IMG/VR virus record: IMGVR_UViG_2706794681_000009 | DNA: 38,759 nt | Strand: one strand, 5' to 3' | Origin: a virus | Lineage: Duplodnaviria > Heunggongvirae > Uroviricota > Caudoviricetes | Shown: positions 1 through 8,672 of the stretch, in pieces | Layout: every line of letters starts with the position of its first letter | How positions within the stretch are numbered: position 1 is the first letter of the stretch | Notes under the pieces: generated by a model | The model's database searches: none | What the model was told of the DNA's origin: nothing | Seen by the model: only the letters and a program-made list of their open reading frames with translations | Made by a program: the position numbers and the translations under genes

Positions 1-121
1 TCGGTTTACGGGAAACGGTAAACAGGGCGGCGAATGCTCTGCCATCGGACGGCACCGCCGTTGCCGCGAATAGACTCGCCACCCCAAGAAATATTAATGG
101 GGTTCCCTTTGACGGGACGCA
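1..121. repeat. Left inverted repeat of invertible tail-fibre segment; positions 1-13 form the inner half of a gix-like site
   Basis: Reverse complement of 1-121 matches 1199-1319 with a single mismatch; window begins at the centre of the palindrome. Confidence 0.8.
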
Positions 122-362
122 GGACATAAACATCACTTCTGGTATAACACAGCAGGATGCGGATTCCCGATATATCCAGGATATCAGGCTGGGAGCAGAG
201 AACAGGCAGGTAATGTACGGTGGGGCATATTACTCTGCGTACGGTAATGTTATGGCAGGCCTGCAGATTGACAGTAAAGTTGATGCTTCAAACGATTTTA
301 TAGCATTCAGACCCCTGCAAAAATTAGTCGGAGGTACATGGATTACGGTATCTCAGTTATAA
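3..362 (+). CDS. Tail fibre protein, C-terminal variable segment (Sv), 5'-partial
   Basis: Frame open from window start to TAA at 360-362; encodes ANRLATPRNINGVPFDGTQDI crossover-type motif and GGTWITVSQL tip. Confidence 0.7.
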   Translation, partial: GLRETVNRAANALPSDGTAVAANRLATPRNINGVPFDGTQDINITSGITQQDADSRYIQDIRLGAENRQVMYGGAYYSAYGNVMAGLQIDSKVDASNDFIAFRPLQKLVGGTWITVSQL

Positions 363-413
363 ATAGTCAGTAAATAATATATTTTAAAACAGATTTATTT
401 CCAGGAGGATTTT

Positions 414-935
414 ATGGAACTAAAAAATATAACCCGTTATTATCCTGAAAATATGCCATATGGTAATAATGTTCAGTATTTCCAGAGTGAAGATGGTAAG
501 GATTTCTACGAATCCCTGCCATTATTCACCAAAAAATATAAACTTTGCATAACACCTGACAGCGGCGTTATCTGCTCAATATCACAGGACGCCTCGGCGC
601 TGTATCCTGCGGGGTTTTCTGTGGTTGAGGTCGATGAACTCCCTGAAGGCACGGATATTTCAGGAAACTGGAAGTTTGATAATGGCATAATCTCCCGTAT
701 TCCGGTTAACTACGCAAGAAAACTGGAAGCAATGCGCCAGTCATATCTTAATCAGGCATATGAAAAAATTAATGACTGGAGAACGGAGCTACAACTGGGC
801 ACCATCAGCGATGAAGACAGAGCAGCACTTACCCAATGGATGGCATACATCAGTCAGGTGAAGAAAATGGAACTACCCGCCATTAAAACAGAAGCTGAAT
901 TTAACGCCATTAAATGGCCTGAGCAGCCACAGTAA
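414..935 (+). CDS. Tail fibre assembly chaperone (Tfa/U family), 173 aa
   Basis: AGGAGG RBS 6 nt upstream of ATG; size, position directly after fibre tip, C-terminal ...AIKWPEQPQ resembling Tfa C-termini. Confidence 0.75.
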   Translation: MELKNITRYYPENMPYGNNVQYFQSEDGKDFYESLPLFTKKYKLCITPDSGVICSISQDASALYPAGFSVVEVDELPEGTDISGNWKFDNGIISRIPVNYARKLEAMRQSYLNQAYEKINDWRTELQLGTISDEDRAALTQWMAYISQVKKMELPAIKTEAEFNAIKWPEQPQ

Positions 936-939
936 TAAA

Positions 940-957
940 GAAGGCCGGAAGGCCTTC
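940..957. terminator. Bidirectional hairpin (GAAGGCC-GGAA-GGCCTTC) between convergent tfa and Sv-prime
   Basis: Perfect 7-bp stem with 4-nt loop located between two convergent stop codons. Confidence 0.45.
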
Positions 958-966
958 TGAATATCA

Positions 967-1317
967 TTATATACTTGCAGCCGTCACCCATGCTCCATTT
1001 AACAGATACTGCAACGGCCGGTAATACACGCCGCCGACGTTATCTGCCGTATTCTTACCGACATCCTGTACTTTAATTCCGGTAAGAACATTGCCGCCCC
1101 CCAGATTCAGATCCCAGCTTTCCCATGTTCCGGGCATATGTGCGGTCACCGACCCCAGTCTTATGGCGGTTACTGTTCCTGATGAGATAGTGATATCCTG
1201 CGTCCCGTCAAAGGGAACCCCATTAATATTTCTTGGGGTGGCGAGTCTATTCGCGGCAACGGCGGTGCCGTCCGATGGCAGGGCATTCGCCGCCCTGTTT
1301 ACCGTTTCCCGTAAACC
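967..1317 (-). CDS. Alternative tail fibre C-terminal segment (Sv-prime), expressed only after inversion
   Basis: Minus-strand frame continuous from the gix crossover; first ~40 codons identical to Sv (inverted repeat), then diverges, ending NGAWVTAASI. Confidence 0.6.
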   Translation of the reverse strand, partial: GLRETVNRAANALPSDGTAVAANRLATPRNINGVPFDGTQDITISSGTVTAIRLGSVTAHMPGTWESWDLNLGGGNVLTGIKVQDVGKNTADNVGGVYYRPLQYLLNGAWVTAASI

Positions 1318-1319
1318 GA
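1199..1319. repeat. Right inverted repeat of invertible segment
   Basis: Matches reverse complement of 1-121. Confidence 0.8.
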
Positions 1320-1331
1320 GGTTTTCAGGAA
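1306..1331. other. gix-like recombination site (gixR): TTCCCGTAAACCGAGGTTTTCAGGAA
   Basis: Imperfect 26-bp palindrome at the repeat boundary immediately upstream of gin, closely resembling gix/hix crossover sites. Confidence 0.6.
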
Positions 1332-1396
1332 AGCCAGGATTAACTCTGTTTTATTCCTCATGCGACAATTCCGGCTTTTTATAATAAGGAAATCGT

Positions 1397-1969
1397 ATGC
1401 TGATTGGGTATATCAGGGTGTCAACAAATGACCAGAATACGGCGCTACAAAGAAATGCGCTGGAATGTGCAGGATGTGAGCTGTTTTTCGAAGACAGAAT
1501 AAGCGGTAAGACAAGGGAGCGTCCCGGACTTAAACGCGCATTAAAGCGACTCCGGCCAGGGGATACCCTGCTGGTCTGGAAACTGGATCGCCTTGGACGC
1601 AGTATGCAGCACCTTGTCCTTTTAACAGAAGAACTCCGGCAACGCGGCGTTAACTTCCGCAGCATTACGGACAATATTGATACATCCACTCCCATGGGAC
1701 GTTTCTTTTTCCATATAATGGGCGCGCTGGCGGAAATGGAGCGGGAACTCATTATTGAACGTACACGCGCGGGTCTTGCTGCTGCCCGTGCTCAGGGGCG
1801 TCATGGCGGCAGACCTCAGAAACTGACAGAGAAAGAGCGGGAGCAAATCGCCCGTTTGCTGGCTAATGGCGAGTCCCGTAAACAAATCGCACTGATATTT
1901 GATATTGGCCTTTCCACCCTTTATCGTTATTTTCCTGCCTCACCAGCTCCGTCACCAAAAGTACCGTGA
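1397..1969 (+). CDS. gin: Gin DNA invertase (serine recombinase, Hin/Gin/Pin/Cin family), 190 aa
   Basis: MLIGYIRVSTNDQNTALQRNAL... N-terminus with catalytic Ser; near-identity in pattern to Mu Gin; TATAAT and AAGGA upstream. Confidence 0.9.
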   Translation: MLIGYIRVSTNDQNTALQRNALECAGCELFFEDRISGKTRERPGLKRALKRLRPGDTLLVWKLDRLGRSMQHLVLLTEELRQRGVNFRSITDNIDTSTPMGRFFFHIMGALAEMERELIIERTRAGLAAARAQGRHGGRPQKLTEKEREQIARLLANGESRKQIALIFDIGLSTLYRYFPASPAPSPKVP

Positions 1970-2054
1970 CGCTTTTTTGAATTTCCGCAAAACACATATT
2001 TTTCAGCGGTCGCTATTCTGACTCTGTTTAATTCAGAAACAGGCAGAAAAGACG

Positions 2055-4109
2055 ATGTCAGACTCCAAGTGGAAAATGCTCTCCGCCATGCCCGGAGAGT
2101 TTTCAGTCAAGGTTGCCGGTGGCACGGTGGCATTTATTGAAAGCCCTTTCCGCCCTTCGGGTAATAAAGGGGGGATCACCTTCGCAGACTGCGTGATCCG
2201 CTTCAGCACGAAAGAGCCATTATGGGTAATGCCGGTATCCGGTAATCCCAGTGCAGAAATCACCAGTTCAGGCGTGACTGGCATCATTCCAATCACATCT
2301 GACGTGGCCGGAACGCTCACGCCCTCCGACTGGAATGCACCGGATAACGCCGGGCCTTCCGGTAGCACGAATGGCAGCAGTTCAGAGCCGGAATATTACT
2401 TTGTTGTCATTCTCGCGGGTCAGTCAAATGGCATGGCCTACGGCGAGGGGCTGCCGTTACCGGATTCGTTTGACCGCCCGGACCCACGCATTAAGCAACT
2501 GGCACGCCGCAGTACGGTAACGCCCAACGGTACGTCGTGTACATACAACGACATCATTCCGGCAGACCACTGCCTGCATGATGTTCAGGATATGAGCGGG
2601 ATAAACCACCCGAAAGCTGATCTGGCAAAAGGCCAGTACGGGACTGTCGGTCAGGGGTTGCATATTGCCAAAAAACTGCTTCCCTATATCCCACAGAATG
2701 CCGGGATACTTCTGGTGCCCTGTTGTCGTGGCGGGTCAGCATTCACCACTGGAGCCGACGGCTCATTCAGTGAGGCCAGCGGTGCTTCCGCTGATTCTTC
2801 ACGCTGGGGGGCCGGTAAACCTCTGTATCAGGACCTGGTAAGCCGCACCAAAGTCGCGCTGGCGAAAAACCCGAAAAACAAACTTCTGGCTGTGGTCTGG
2901 ATGCAGGGAGAGGCAGACCTTGCCTCAGGAAGCCAGCAGCATAATAGTTTATTCACGGCCATGGTTCAGCAGTTCAGAACTGACCTGGCTCCGCTTGCTG
3001 CGCAGTGCGTGAGTGGAAATGCCACCACGGTGCCGTGGATTTGCGGTGATACCACGTATTACTGGAAAAACGCTGGCACCGATAAATATGAGGCAGTATA
3101 CGGTGGCTACAAAGGCAAGGAAGCACAGAAAATTTTCTTTGTACCGTTCCTGACGGATGAGAATGGACAGAGCACGCCAACGAATGCTCCGGCGGAAGAC
3201 CCGGATATTGTGGCTGTCGGGTATTACGGTGCAGCATCCCGAACCCAGGGCAGTTTTGTTTCGACACAGCGTGACAGCCATTTCAGCTCATGGGCACGCA
3301 GGGGCGTCATTTCAGACCGTCTGGCCTCAGCTATTATGCTCCATGCAGGGCGCACGGCTGAACTGATGCGTGGGCAGACCGTGACACCACCGGATGAGAA
3401 GCCGTCACCTGATACACCATCAAAACCGTCCACGCCACCCGCAGACACCACGACGATGAGTACGCTATTTGCTTACCGGGCATCTGAGTCTGAAGGACGG
3501 TTGACACCACAGGGTTGGGCTGCCGGAGGTGGCAAGGCTCAAATCGTGGATGATGCCGGAGCCAGCGGGGGTAAGGCAATGAAACTGACCAAGGAAACAG
3601 GAAGAGCCCCCTGGTACCTTGAGCATGATGCTGGTAATGGTGCGGACCTGCTGGGTAAAGGTGGTCTTGTCAGTTGTCGTTTTAAACTCGATGGCGCGCT
3701 TACGGCTAATCAGTACGCACTGGCGCTGTACTGGCCGGTTTCTGCCCTGCCGCAAGGGGTTACTCTGGAAGGAAATGCCGGTCATAACCTGCTGGCATCG
3801 TTCTACGTACAGAGCGATGCCACAGACCTTAACGTGATGTATCACAAAGGAAACACGGCGCAGAACACGAAGCTGGGGTCATTCGGCGCATTTAATAACG
3901 AATGGCATACGCTGGGCTTCCGTTTTGCCGGTAACAACAGTATTGAGGTGACGCCGGTCATTGATGGTAAGGACGGGACACCATTCATGCTGTCGCAGTC
4001 TCCGGTCGGCACGTTTACGGCAGACAAGTTGCGCGTGACCGATATCACTAAAAATGCGACTTACCCGGTACTGATTGACAGTATCGTGGTGGAAGTGAAT
4101 AACGCGTAA
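2055..4109 (+). CDS. SASA/SGNH-type carbohydrate O-acetylesterase (NanS-p-like) with Pro-rich linker and C-terminal lectin-like domain, 684 aa
   Basis: Motifs ILAGQSNGMAYGEG and VVWMQGEADLASG; linker PPDEKPSPDTPSKPSTPP; beta-rich C-terminal ~230 aa; no signal peptide. Confidence 0.6.
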   Translation: MSDSKWKMLSAMPGEFSVKVAGGTVAFIESPFRPSGNKGGITFADCVIRFSTKEPLWVMPVSGNPSAEITSSGVTGIIPITSDVAGTLTPSDWNAPDNAGPSGSTNGSSSEPEYYFVVILAGQSNGMAYGEGLPLPDSFDRPDPRIKQLARRSTVTPNGTSCTYNDIIPADHCLHDVQDMSGINHPKADLAKGQYGTVGQGLHIAKKLLPYIPQNAGILLVPCCRGGSAFTTGADGSFSEASGASADSSRWGAGKPLYQDLVSRTKVALAKNPKNKLLAVVWMQGEADLASGSQQHNSLFTAMVQQFRTDLAPLAAQCVSGNATTVPWICGDTTYYWKNAGTDKYEAVYGGYKGKEAQKIFFVPFLTDENGQSTPTNAPAEDPDIVAVGYYGAASRTQGSFVSTQRDSHFSSWARRGVISDRLASAIMLHAGRTAELMRGQTVTPPDEKPSPDTPSKPSTPPADTTTMSTLFAYRASESEGRLTPQGWAAGGGKAQIVDDAGASGGKAMKLTKETGRAPWYLEHDAGNGADLLGKGGLVSCRFKLDGALTANQYALALYWPVSALPQGVTLEGNAGHNLLASFYVQSDATDLNVMYHKGNTAQNTKLGSFGAFNNEWHTLGFRFAGNNSIEVTPVIDGKDGTPFMLSQSPVGTFTADKLRVTDITKNATYPVLIDSIVVEVNNA

Positions 4110-4253
4110 GCAGGATAAAAAAATGCCGCCGGTAAGGGAAAACAAGAAACCGGCGGCAAAAAGATCGTTATATCCAAAGCAAAAAATGCAGTGCACCTTT
4201 TTACCTAACAGATATTACCGGTGTCAACACCATGTCAATAATTGGGAGGGATA

Positions 4254-4436
4254 ATGACATTTTTACAGCTTATTTTATTGTATTTCTGCACGGCAGTATG
4301 TGCGTTATATCTGGTGAGTGGTGGTTATAAGGCCATCAGAAATTATGTTCGCCGCAAAATTGAGGACGCAGCAGCTGAAAAACTCAGTAAAACAGCGCAG
4401 GTAACTCCGCTCCCAAAAGACCCGACCCAGCCCTGA
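4254..4436 (+). CDS. Small predicted membrane protein (~60 aa, one N-terminal TM helix)
   Basis: GGGAGGG RBS 4-10 nt upstream of ATG at 4254; hydrophobic FLQLILLYFCTAVCALYLV segment. Confidence 0.4.
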   Translation: MTFLQLILLYFCTAVCALYLVSGGYKAIRNYVRRKIEDAAAEKLSKTAQVTPLPKDPTQP

Positions 4437-4471
4437 TTGCAGGGCTTTATTCCCGCATAAGGAGGATATAC

Positions 4472-4726
4472 ATGCCAGAAATTAAAGGCACCGTCACTGA
4501 AGACCTGGTAAAACAGGCACTGTATTCCGGTGAAGTAAATAAGTTGCTGAAAGCGCAGGTCCGCAAGGATTTTGAGGCACAAATCGACACTTACGTTGAT
4601 GAAGTGCTGGCAAAACTTATTGGGCCAGCAGTTGCGGCCAGTGATGCTGATAATGAGCCGAAAACCGACGCGCAGCCAGAGCAACCAGACCCGGCTCAGC
4701 CCGGAACTGACAGTACCATGATGTAA
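4472..4726 (+). CDS. Hypothetical protein, 84 aa, acidic Pro-rich tail
   Basis: AAGGAGG RBS 6 nt upstream of ATG. Confidence 0.45.
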   Translation: MPEIKGTVTEDLVKQALYSGEVNKLLKAQVRKDFEAQIDTYVDEVLAKLIGPAVAASDADNEPKTDAQPEQPDPAQPGTDSTMM

Positions 4727-4893
4727 CAATACAAACCGGTGGTGTCCTCTGCCGGTTTGACACTAATGAAAACATCTTTGCCGCTATCCAGCCATATGTA
4801 ATCGCTGGATAGTATTTCGTATTCAGAAATATAGCTGCTTATGGAGCAGTCAATCCTGCTTCCCCATCCGGGCAGGCAAATGAACCGGTATCA

Positions 4894-5187
4894 TTAGTCC
4901 GATTCACGCTTTTGTAGAATCGTTCCCAGAATGCTATACAGCTCATTAGCCTGTTGCTCCATCATTGAGACGGAGGCTATACGGTGCAAAGTGATTTCAG
5001 GAGGTGGCACACCTCCATCTTCTTGCTGTGGAGGAAAAACATAAGATTTAATAAAAAAGTTGAAGCATATGAACTCTCCCGCACTCGAACTGTATTTGCA
5101 GGCATCTGAATAATCGGAAAAATAATCATTATAGATTTCCGCATTTTCAATCATTTTTCGATTTCTCGTCGTTACATGATTGTCCAT
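4894..5187 (-). CDS. Hypothetical protein, 97 aa, AT-rich gene divergent from com-mom
   Basis: AAGAGG RBS upstream; only long ORF in an AT-rich block. Confidence 0.35.
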   Translation of the reverse strand: MDNHVTTRNRKMIENAEIYNDYFSDYSDACKYSSSAGEFICFNFFIKSYVFPPQQEDGGVPPPEITLHRIASVSMMEQQANELYSILGTILQKRESD

Positions 5188-5310
5188 AGCAGCCTCTTAC
5201 GCTGGCAATTAACCAATTGACTTCTATAAATTAGTTGATTTGTTTGCTTTGCGGTATTCAAATGTACAATCATTCAGCACTTATGCGTTACAGCACCGTT
5301 TAAAATTAGT

Positions 5311-5396
5311 GATCAAACTCATAAATTTTCGCTAATGACATTTCGTGTTATTTGTTGTATCAATTAAATAAATCAAATCGATCGTTTTTGTCGATC
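5311..5396 (+). promoter_or_regulatory. mom upstream regulatory region with three GATC (Dam) sites
   Basis: GATC at 5311, 5380 and 5393, the last two within the palindrome AATCGATCG-N-CGATCGATT, just upstream of com. Confidence 0.5.
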
Positions 5397-5443
5397 GATT
5401 GAGTGATAAAGATATCAACAACAAAGCAGGAGGTTATGCGGCC

Positions 5444-5644
5444 ATGTATCGAAACATACGGTGCCGACATTGTAACAAGCTACTGGCACGAGCCAGCTTC
5501 AGTTATCTGGAAGTTAAATGTCCGCGCTGTAAAACCCTCAATCAAATCACATCTCAGAGCGCCACAGAGCACCCCACATACACAAGGAAATCCTGTCGTG
5601 GGGAACAGAAAGCAAGTTACATCCCGTATCATCAGCACGCCTGA
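5444..5644 (+). CDS. com: Com, zinc-finger translational activator of mom, 66 aa
   Basis: CRHCNKLL...CPRCKT zinc-finger pattern as in Mu Com; AGGAGG RBS 9 nt upstream; overlaps start of mom frame. Confidence 0.75.
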   Translation: MYRNIRCRHCNKLLARASFSYLEVKCPRCKTLNQITSQSATEHPTYTRKSCRGEQKASYIPYHQHA

Positions 5645-6335
5645 ACTTATTCACTATAACGACAATATCGTCGGTTATGGCTCCCGTGAGTTACGGGTTG
5701 AGACAATAAGTTGCTGGCTGGCCCGGCTGGTCGTCGTCAATAAACATTACAGCCATCGTTTCGTAAATAATTCCTACCTTCATCTGGGCATATTTTCAGA
5801 ACGGGAGCTGGTTGGCGTAATGCAATGGGGTTATGCCCTTAATCCAAACAATGGTGCACGCGTCGTAACTGGCACGCAGAACCGCGAATATATGGAGCTT
5901 AACCGGTTATGGCTGCATGACTGTATGCCGAGAAACTCCGAATCAAGGGCAATCAGTTACGCGCTCAAACTAATCAGACAACTTTATCCGCAGGTGCAGT
6001 GGGTTCAGTCGTTTGCAGATGAGCGTTGTGGCTGTCTTGGTGTCGTGTACCAGGCAAGCAATTTTGATTATGTAGGCAGTCATGAAACAACATTCTATGA
6101 ACTTGATGGCGAGTGGTATCACGAGATTTGCAAGAATGCAATCAAACGAGGAGGACAGCGAGGTGAACATCTGCGGGCTAATATCGACAGAGCCAGTGTT
6201 CATAAATTCCGTCAGTTTCGTTACATCCGGTTTCTGGACAAGAGAGCCAGAAAACGCCTTAACACAAAGCTATTCAAAGTCCAGCCTTACCCAAAACCAC
6301 AAACAGTTAAAACTGGTTTGAAAGAGAGTGAATGA
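5598..6335 (+). CDS. mom: Mom DNA-modification (anti-restriction) protein; start codon uncertain (GTG at 5598 proposed)
   Basis: Long frame overlapping com 3' end, position at phage right end after com; no ATG in frame near com stop, AAGGA precedes GTG 5598. Confidence 0.55.
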   Translation: MGNRKQVTSRIISTPELIHYNDNIVGYGSRELRVETISCWLARLVVVNKHYSHRFVNNSYLHLGIFSERELVGVMQWGYALNPNNGARVVTGTQNREYMELNRLWLHDCMPRNSESRAISYALKLIRQLYPQVQWVQSFADERCGCLGVVYQASNFDYVGSHETTFYELDGEWYHEICKNAIKRGGQRGEHLRANIDRASVHKFRQFRYIRFLDKRARKRLNTKLFKVQPYPKPQTVKTGLKESE

Positions 6336-6407
6336 ACGCTTAAAAACTCATTCTAAAACTCAAAAGAAAAGCGCCGATTTAGTATCAAATAAGTTGCGTA
6401 TCGGCGT

Positions 6408-6657
6408 NNNNNNNNNNNNNNNNNNNNNNNNNNNNNNNNNNNNNNNNNNNNNNNNNNNNNNNNNNNNNNNNNNNNNNNNNNNNNNNNNNNNNNNNNNNNN
6501 NNNNNNNNNNNNNNNNNNNNNNNNNNNNNNNNNNNNNNNNNNNNNNNNNNNNNNNNNNNNNNNNNNNNNNNNNNNNNNNNNNNNNNNNNNNNNNNNNNNN
6601 NNNNNNNNNNNNNNNNNNNNNNNNNNNNNNNNNNNNNNNNNNNNNNNNNNNNNNNNN
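6408..6657. other. Assembly gap (run of 250 N)
   Basis: Literal N characters. Confidence 1.
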
Positions 6658-7039
6658 TCGCCAGGGCATTAACGTCAGCGGGACCAAGACTGTTTTTTGT
6701 GGCAAGCGTCCCCAGACCAAGATAACCACGGGCCAGACGCTGGGCCTCCGCACCGGCATCAGCAATTTCTTTCAGGTTATTTTTCCGGGAAAAGGCATTC
6801 GCAGCGATAATGGCTTTAATGGACAGCGTAAGCTGGTTTAACTGCGCCTTATCCGGCTGAATACTGGCTTCAGCCAGAATATTCAGCAGTTCGGCCTGGA
6901 GAATATTCAGCCAGTCCTGACCAATCCAGCTGATACCTTTTTGTCCGTCACCTTCGGTAAACCAGGTGGTGGTATTACTCTGCGCCGGTGCCAGCGCAGG
7001 CATATTCGCCACGCCGGAATTATTATCAACATGAAACAT
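6658..7039 (-). CDS. Tail fibre protein, N-terminal constant part, 3'-truncated by gap
   Basis: Starts MFHVDNNSGVANMPALAPAQ..., overlaps stop of upstream baseplate gene (TAATG); runs into N gap. Confidence 0.6.
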
Positions 7040-7599
7040 TAAATAGTCTCCTCTTCATGGCTGTTTGCATAAACGTAAATAAACGTCTGCCATGCAGGCT
7101 TATAACGGTTCAGAATACATTCCAGCGCACCGCCTTCATAAATACGCAGCGGCGTGAGAATATCATCCAGCACATTCATATTCCGGTAGCCGGTTTCACT
7201 GTTAATCGTGACAATACTGACCCACTGCGAATCCGGTGAGGGCTGAATGTCAATCTGATAACCAAACTCCGCCGCAAACCGGATATAAAATTCACGGTTC
7301 AGCGAGGGCTTCATCCGGTATTTATTTCCGGCATAACGCTGTCGCTCCGTGAGGGTGGCTCCGGCCATATCACACTCGGGAAGCCCGAGATAACGCTCCC
7401 AGTCTTCCAGCAGCAGGCGCGACGTGTCAGGGAAACGCTCGGCAAGCAGCTGTTTACCCGTCCAGGATACACGCGCTGTCGAATGACTGAGGCCCAGACA
7501 TAATGATGCCAGTACGGATGACGGACGCTTGTCCCATGCCAGCCCGTCAGGCAGTAACTGCAACAGGGCGCGCTGATGCGGGGTCAGGGTTACAGCCAT
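7039..7599 (-). CDS. Baseplate/tail protein (Mu gp48-like, YmfQ/DUF2313-like)
   Basis: Synteny between baseplate J-like gene and tail fibre; 186 aa. Confidence 0.55.
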   Translation of the reverse strand: MAVTLTPHQRALLQLLPDGLAWDKRPSSVLASLCLGLSHSTARVSWTGKQLLAERFPDTSRLLLEDWERYLGLPECDMAGATLTERQRYAGNKYRMKPSLNREFYIRFAAEFGYQIDIQPSPDSQWVSIVTINSETGYRNMNVLDDILTPLRIYEGGALECILNRYKPAWQTFIYVYANSHEEETI

Positions 7600-8672
7600 G
7601 TGATTTCTCCTACCGTCAGCAGCTCACTGTCTCCCGCCTGAACTGACGTCAGCGGACTGCGCACTTCAAAATCCTCCAGATTTTTCACCCCTGCCACCGC
7701 CCGCCAGAAAGACGACGGCAGAACCAGACCGCCGGGCCGGGATTCGTTATACAACAGGTCGGTCAGCGCCTGTTTTACGGCCGCCTGATTCTCCGGTGTT
7801 TTCGGGATGATCCTGATGCTGAAGGGCACCGGCTTATTGGTCAGTTTAAACACGGTCACCGTCGGCCCCAGAGGCTGTCCGACAGGCTGGCCGGTCGCCG
7901 GATCATCATGACTGCGGATATAATCCGCCACCCGCTGAACATCACCGTCACCGGGGAAAATATCCGGGTTATTATCCTGAACAAACGTTACCCCCACGCT
8001 GCCCGCCTGCGGCCATTCCGGGCGGCACCATGCCCGCGTCACGCCCGGCACTTCACGCGCCCAGCGTTCAAAATCATACTGCGTGCCGCCGGACGGTGGA
8101 TTCTGCACCCGGAAAACCAGACGGGAAAGCAGCTCCGGCACGGTTTCCACATCCGCACCACCGGTGATCCCCGTTCCGGTCACCGTGGCCGTCTGGTTGA
8201 TCCCCGCCTGCGGTGTGATAAATGTCAGTTTTGTCCCTGCCGGGGCATTCCCCGCACGACCGGCACTTTCGGCTTCCACACTGACATTCAGCGTACCGGC
8301 CTTACCGGTCAGGGAGGTGGTGATACGGTAAACCACGCCATCACTTCGCTGGAGAAGCACACCTTCCTTGATCCCCGCATCCGTGGTCAGCATCAGCTGA
8401 ACCGGCCCGTCCCCCCGAGAGGCAGGCTTACGCATGACGCCCCAGAATGCACAGTGTTTCAGCAGTTCGGCTTCATCGGCTTCGGTCGGGATGATCTGAC
8501 GCGCAATCCAGGCCAGATGCTCATGCTCCTGAGCAGATAACCCTGCCTGAGCGTAAGCAATGGCATTCAGGGTGGTTTCATTCACACCCGGCTGCGAGCC
8601 GGGCAGGCGCTGGCTGATATCCTGCTGTGTCTGCGTGATTAACTGTGCCAGCGGTAAAGGCTGATAAGGCAT
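7590..8672 (-). CDS. Baseplate J-like protein (Mu gp47-like)
   Basis: 360 aa, position and composition typical of baseplate J family. Confidence 0.7.
   Translation of the reverse strand: MPYQPLPLAQLITQTQQDISQRLPGSQPGVNETTLNAIAYAQAGLSAQEHEHLAWIARQIIPTEADEAELLKHCAFWGVMRKPASRGDGPVQLMLTTDAGIKEGVLLQRSDGVVYRITTSLTGKAGTLNVSVEAESAGRAGNAPAGTKLTFITPQAGINQTATVTGTGITGGADVETVPELLSRLVFRVQNPPSGGTQYDFERWAREVPGVTRAWCRPEWPQAGSVGVTFVQDNNPDIFPGDGDVQRVADYIRSHDDPATGQPVGQPLGPTVTVFKLTNKPVPFSIRIIPKTPENQAAVKQALTDLLYNESRPGGLVLPSSFWRAVAGVKNLEDFEVRSPLTSVQAGDSELLTVGEITWL

Noticed and set aside
1091-1752. ORFs 1091-1384 (plus) and 1351-1752 (minus) around the right inverted repeat and gin start
   Set aside because: They overlap Sv-prime, the gix site and gin in alternative frames; explained by those features.
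5403-5643. N-terminal 80 codons of the 310-aa ORF (5403-6335) as part of Mom
   Set aside because: This part overlaps com in another frame and its ATG has no usable RBS spacing; Mom most likely initiates downstream (about 5598), so the long ORF is an artefact of the open frame.
6328-7039. ORFs spanning the N run (6328-6672 plus strand, 6353-7039 and 6385-6765 minus strand)
   Set aside because: Translations through N are meaningless; only the part 6658-7039 is interpretable (tail fibre 5' end).
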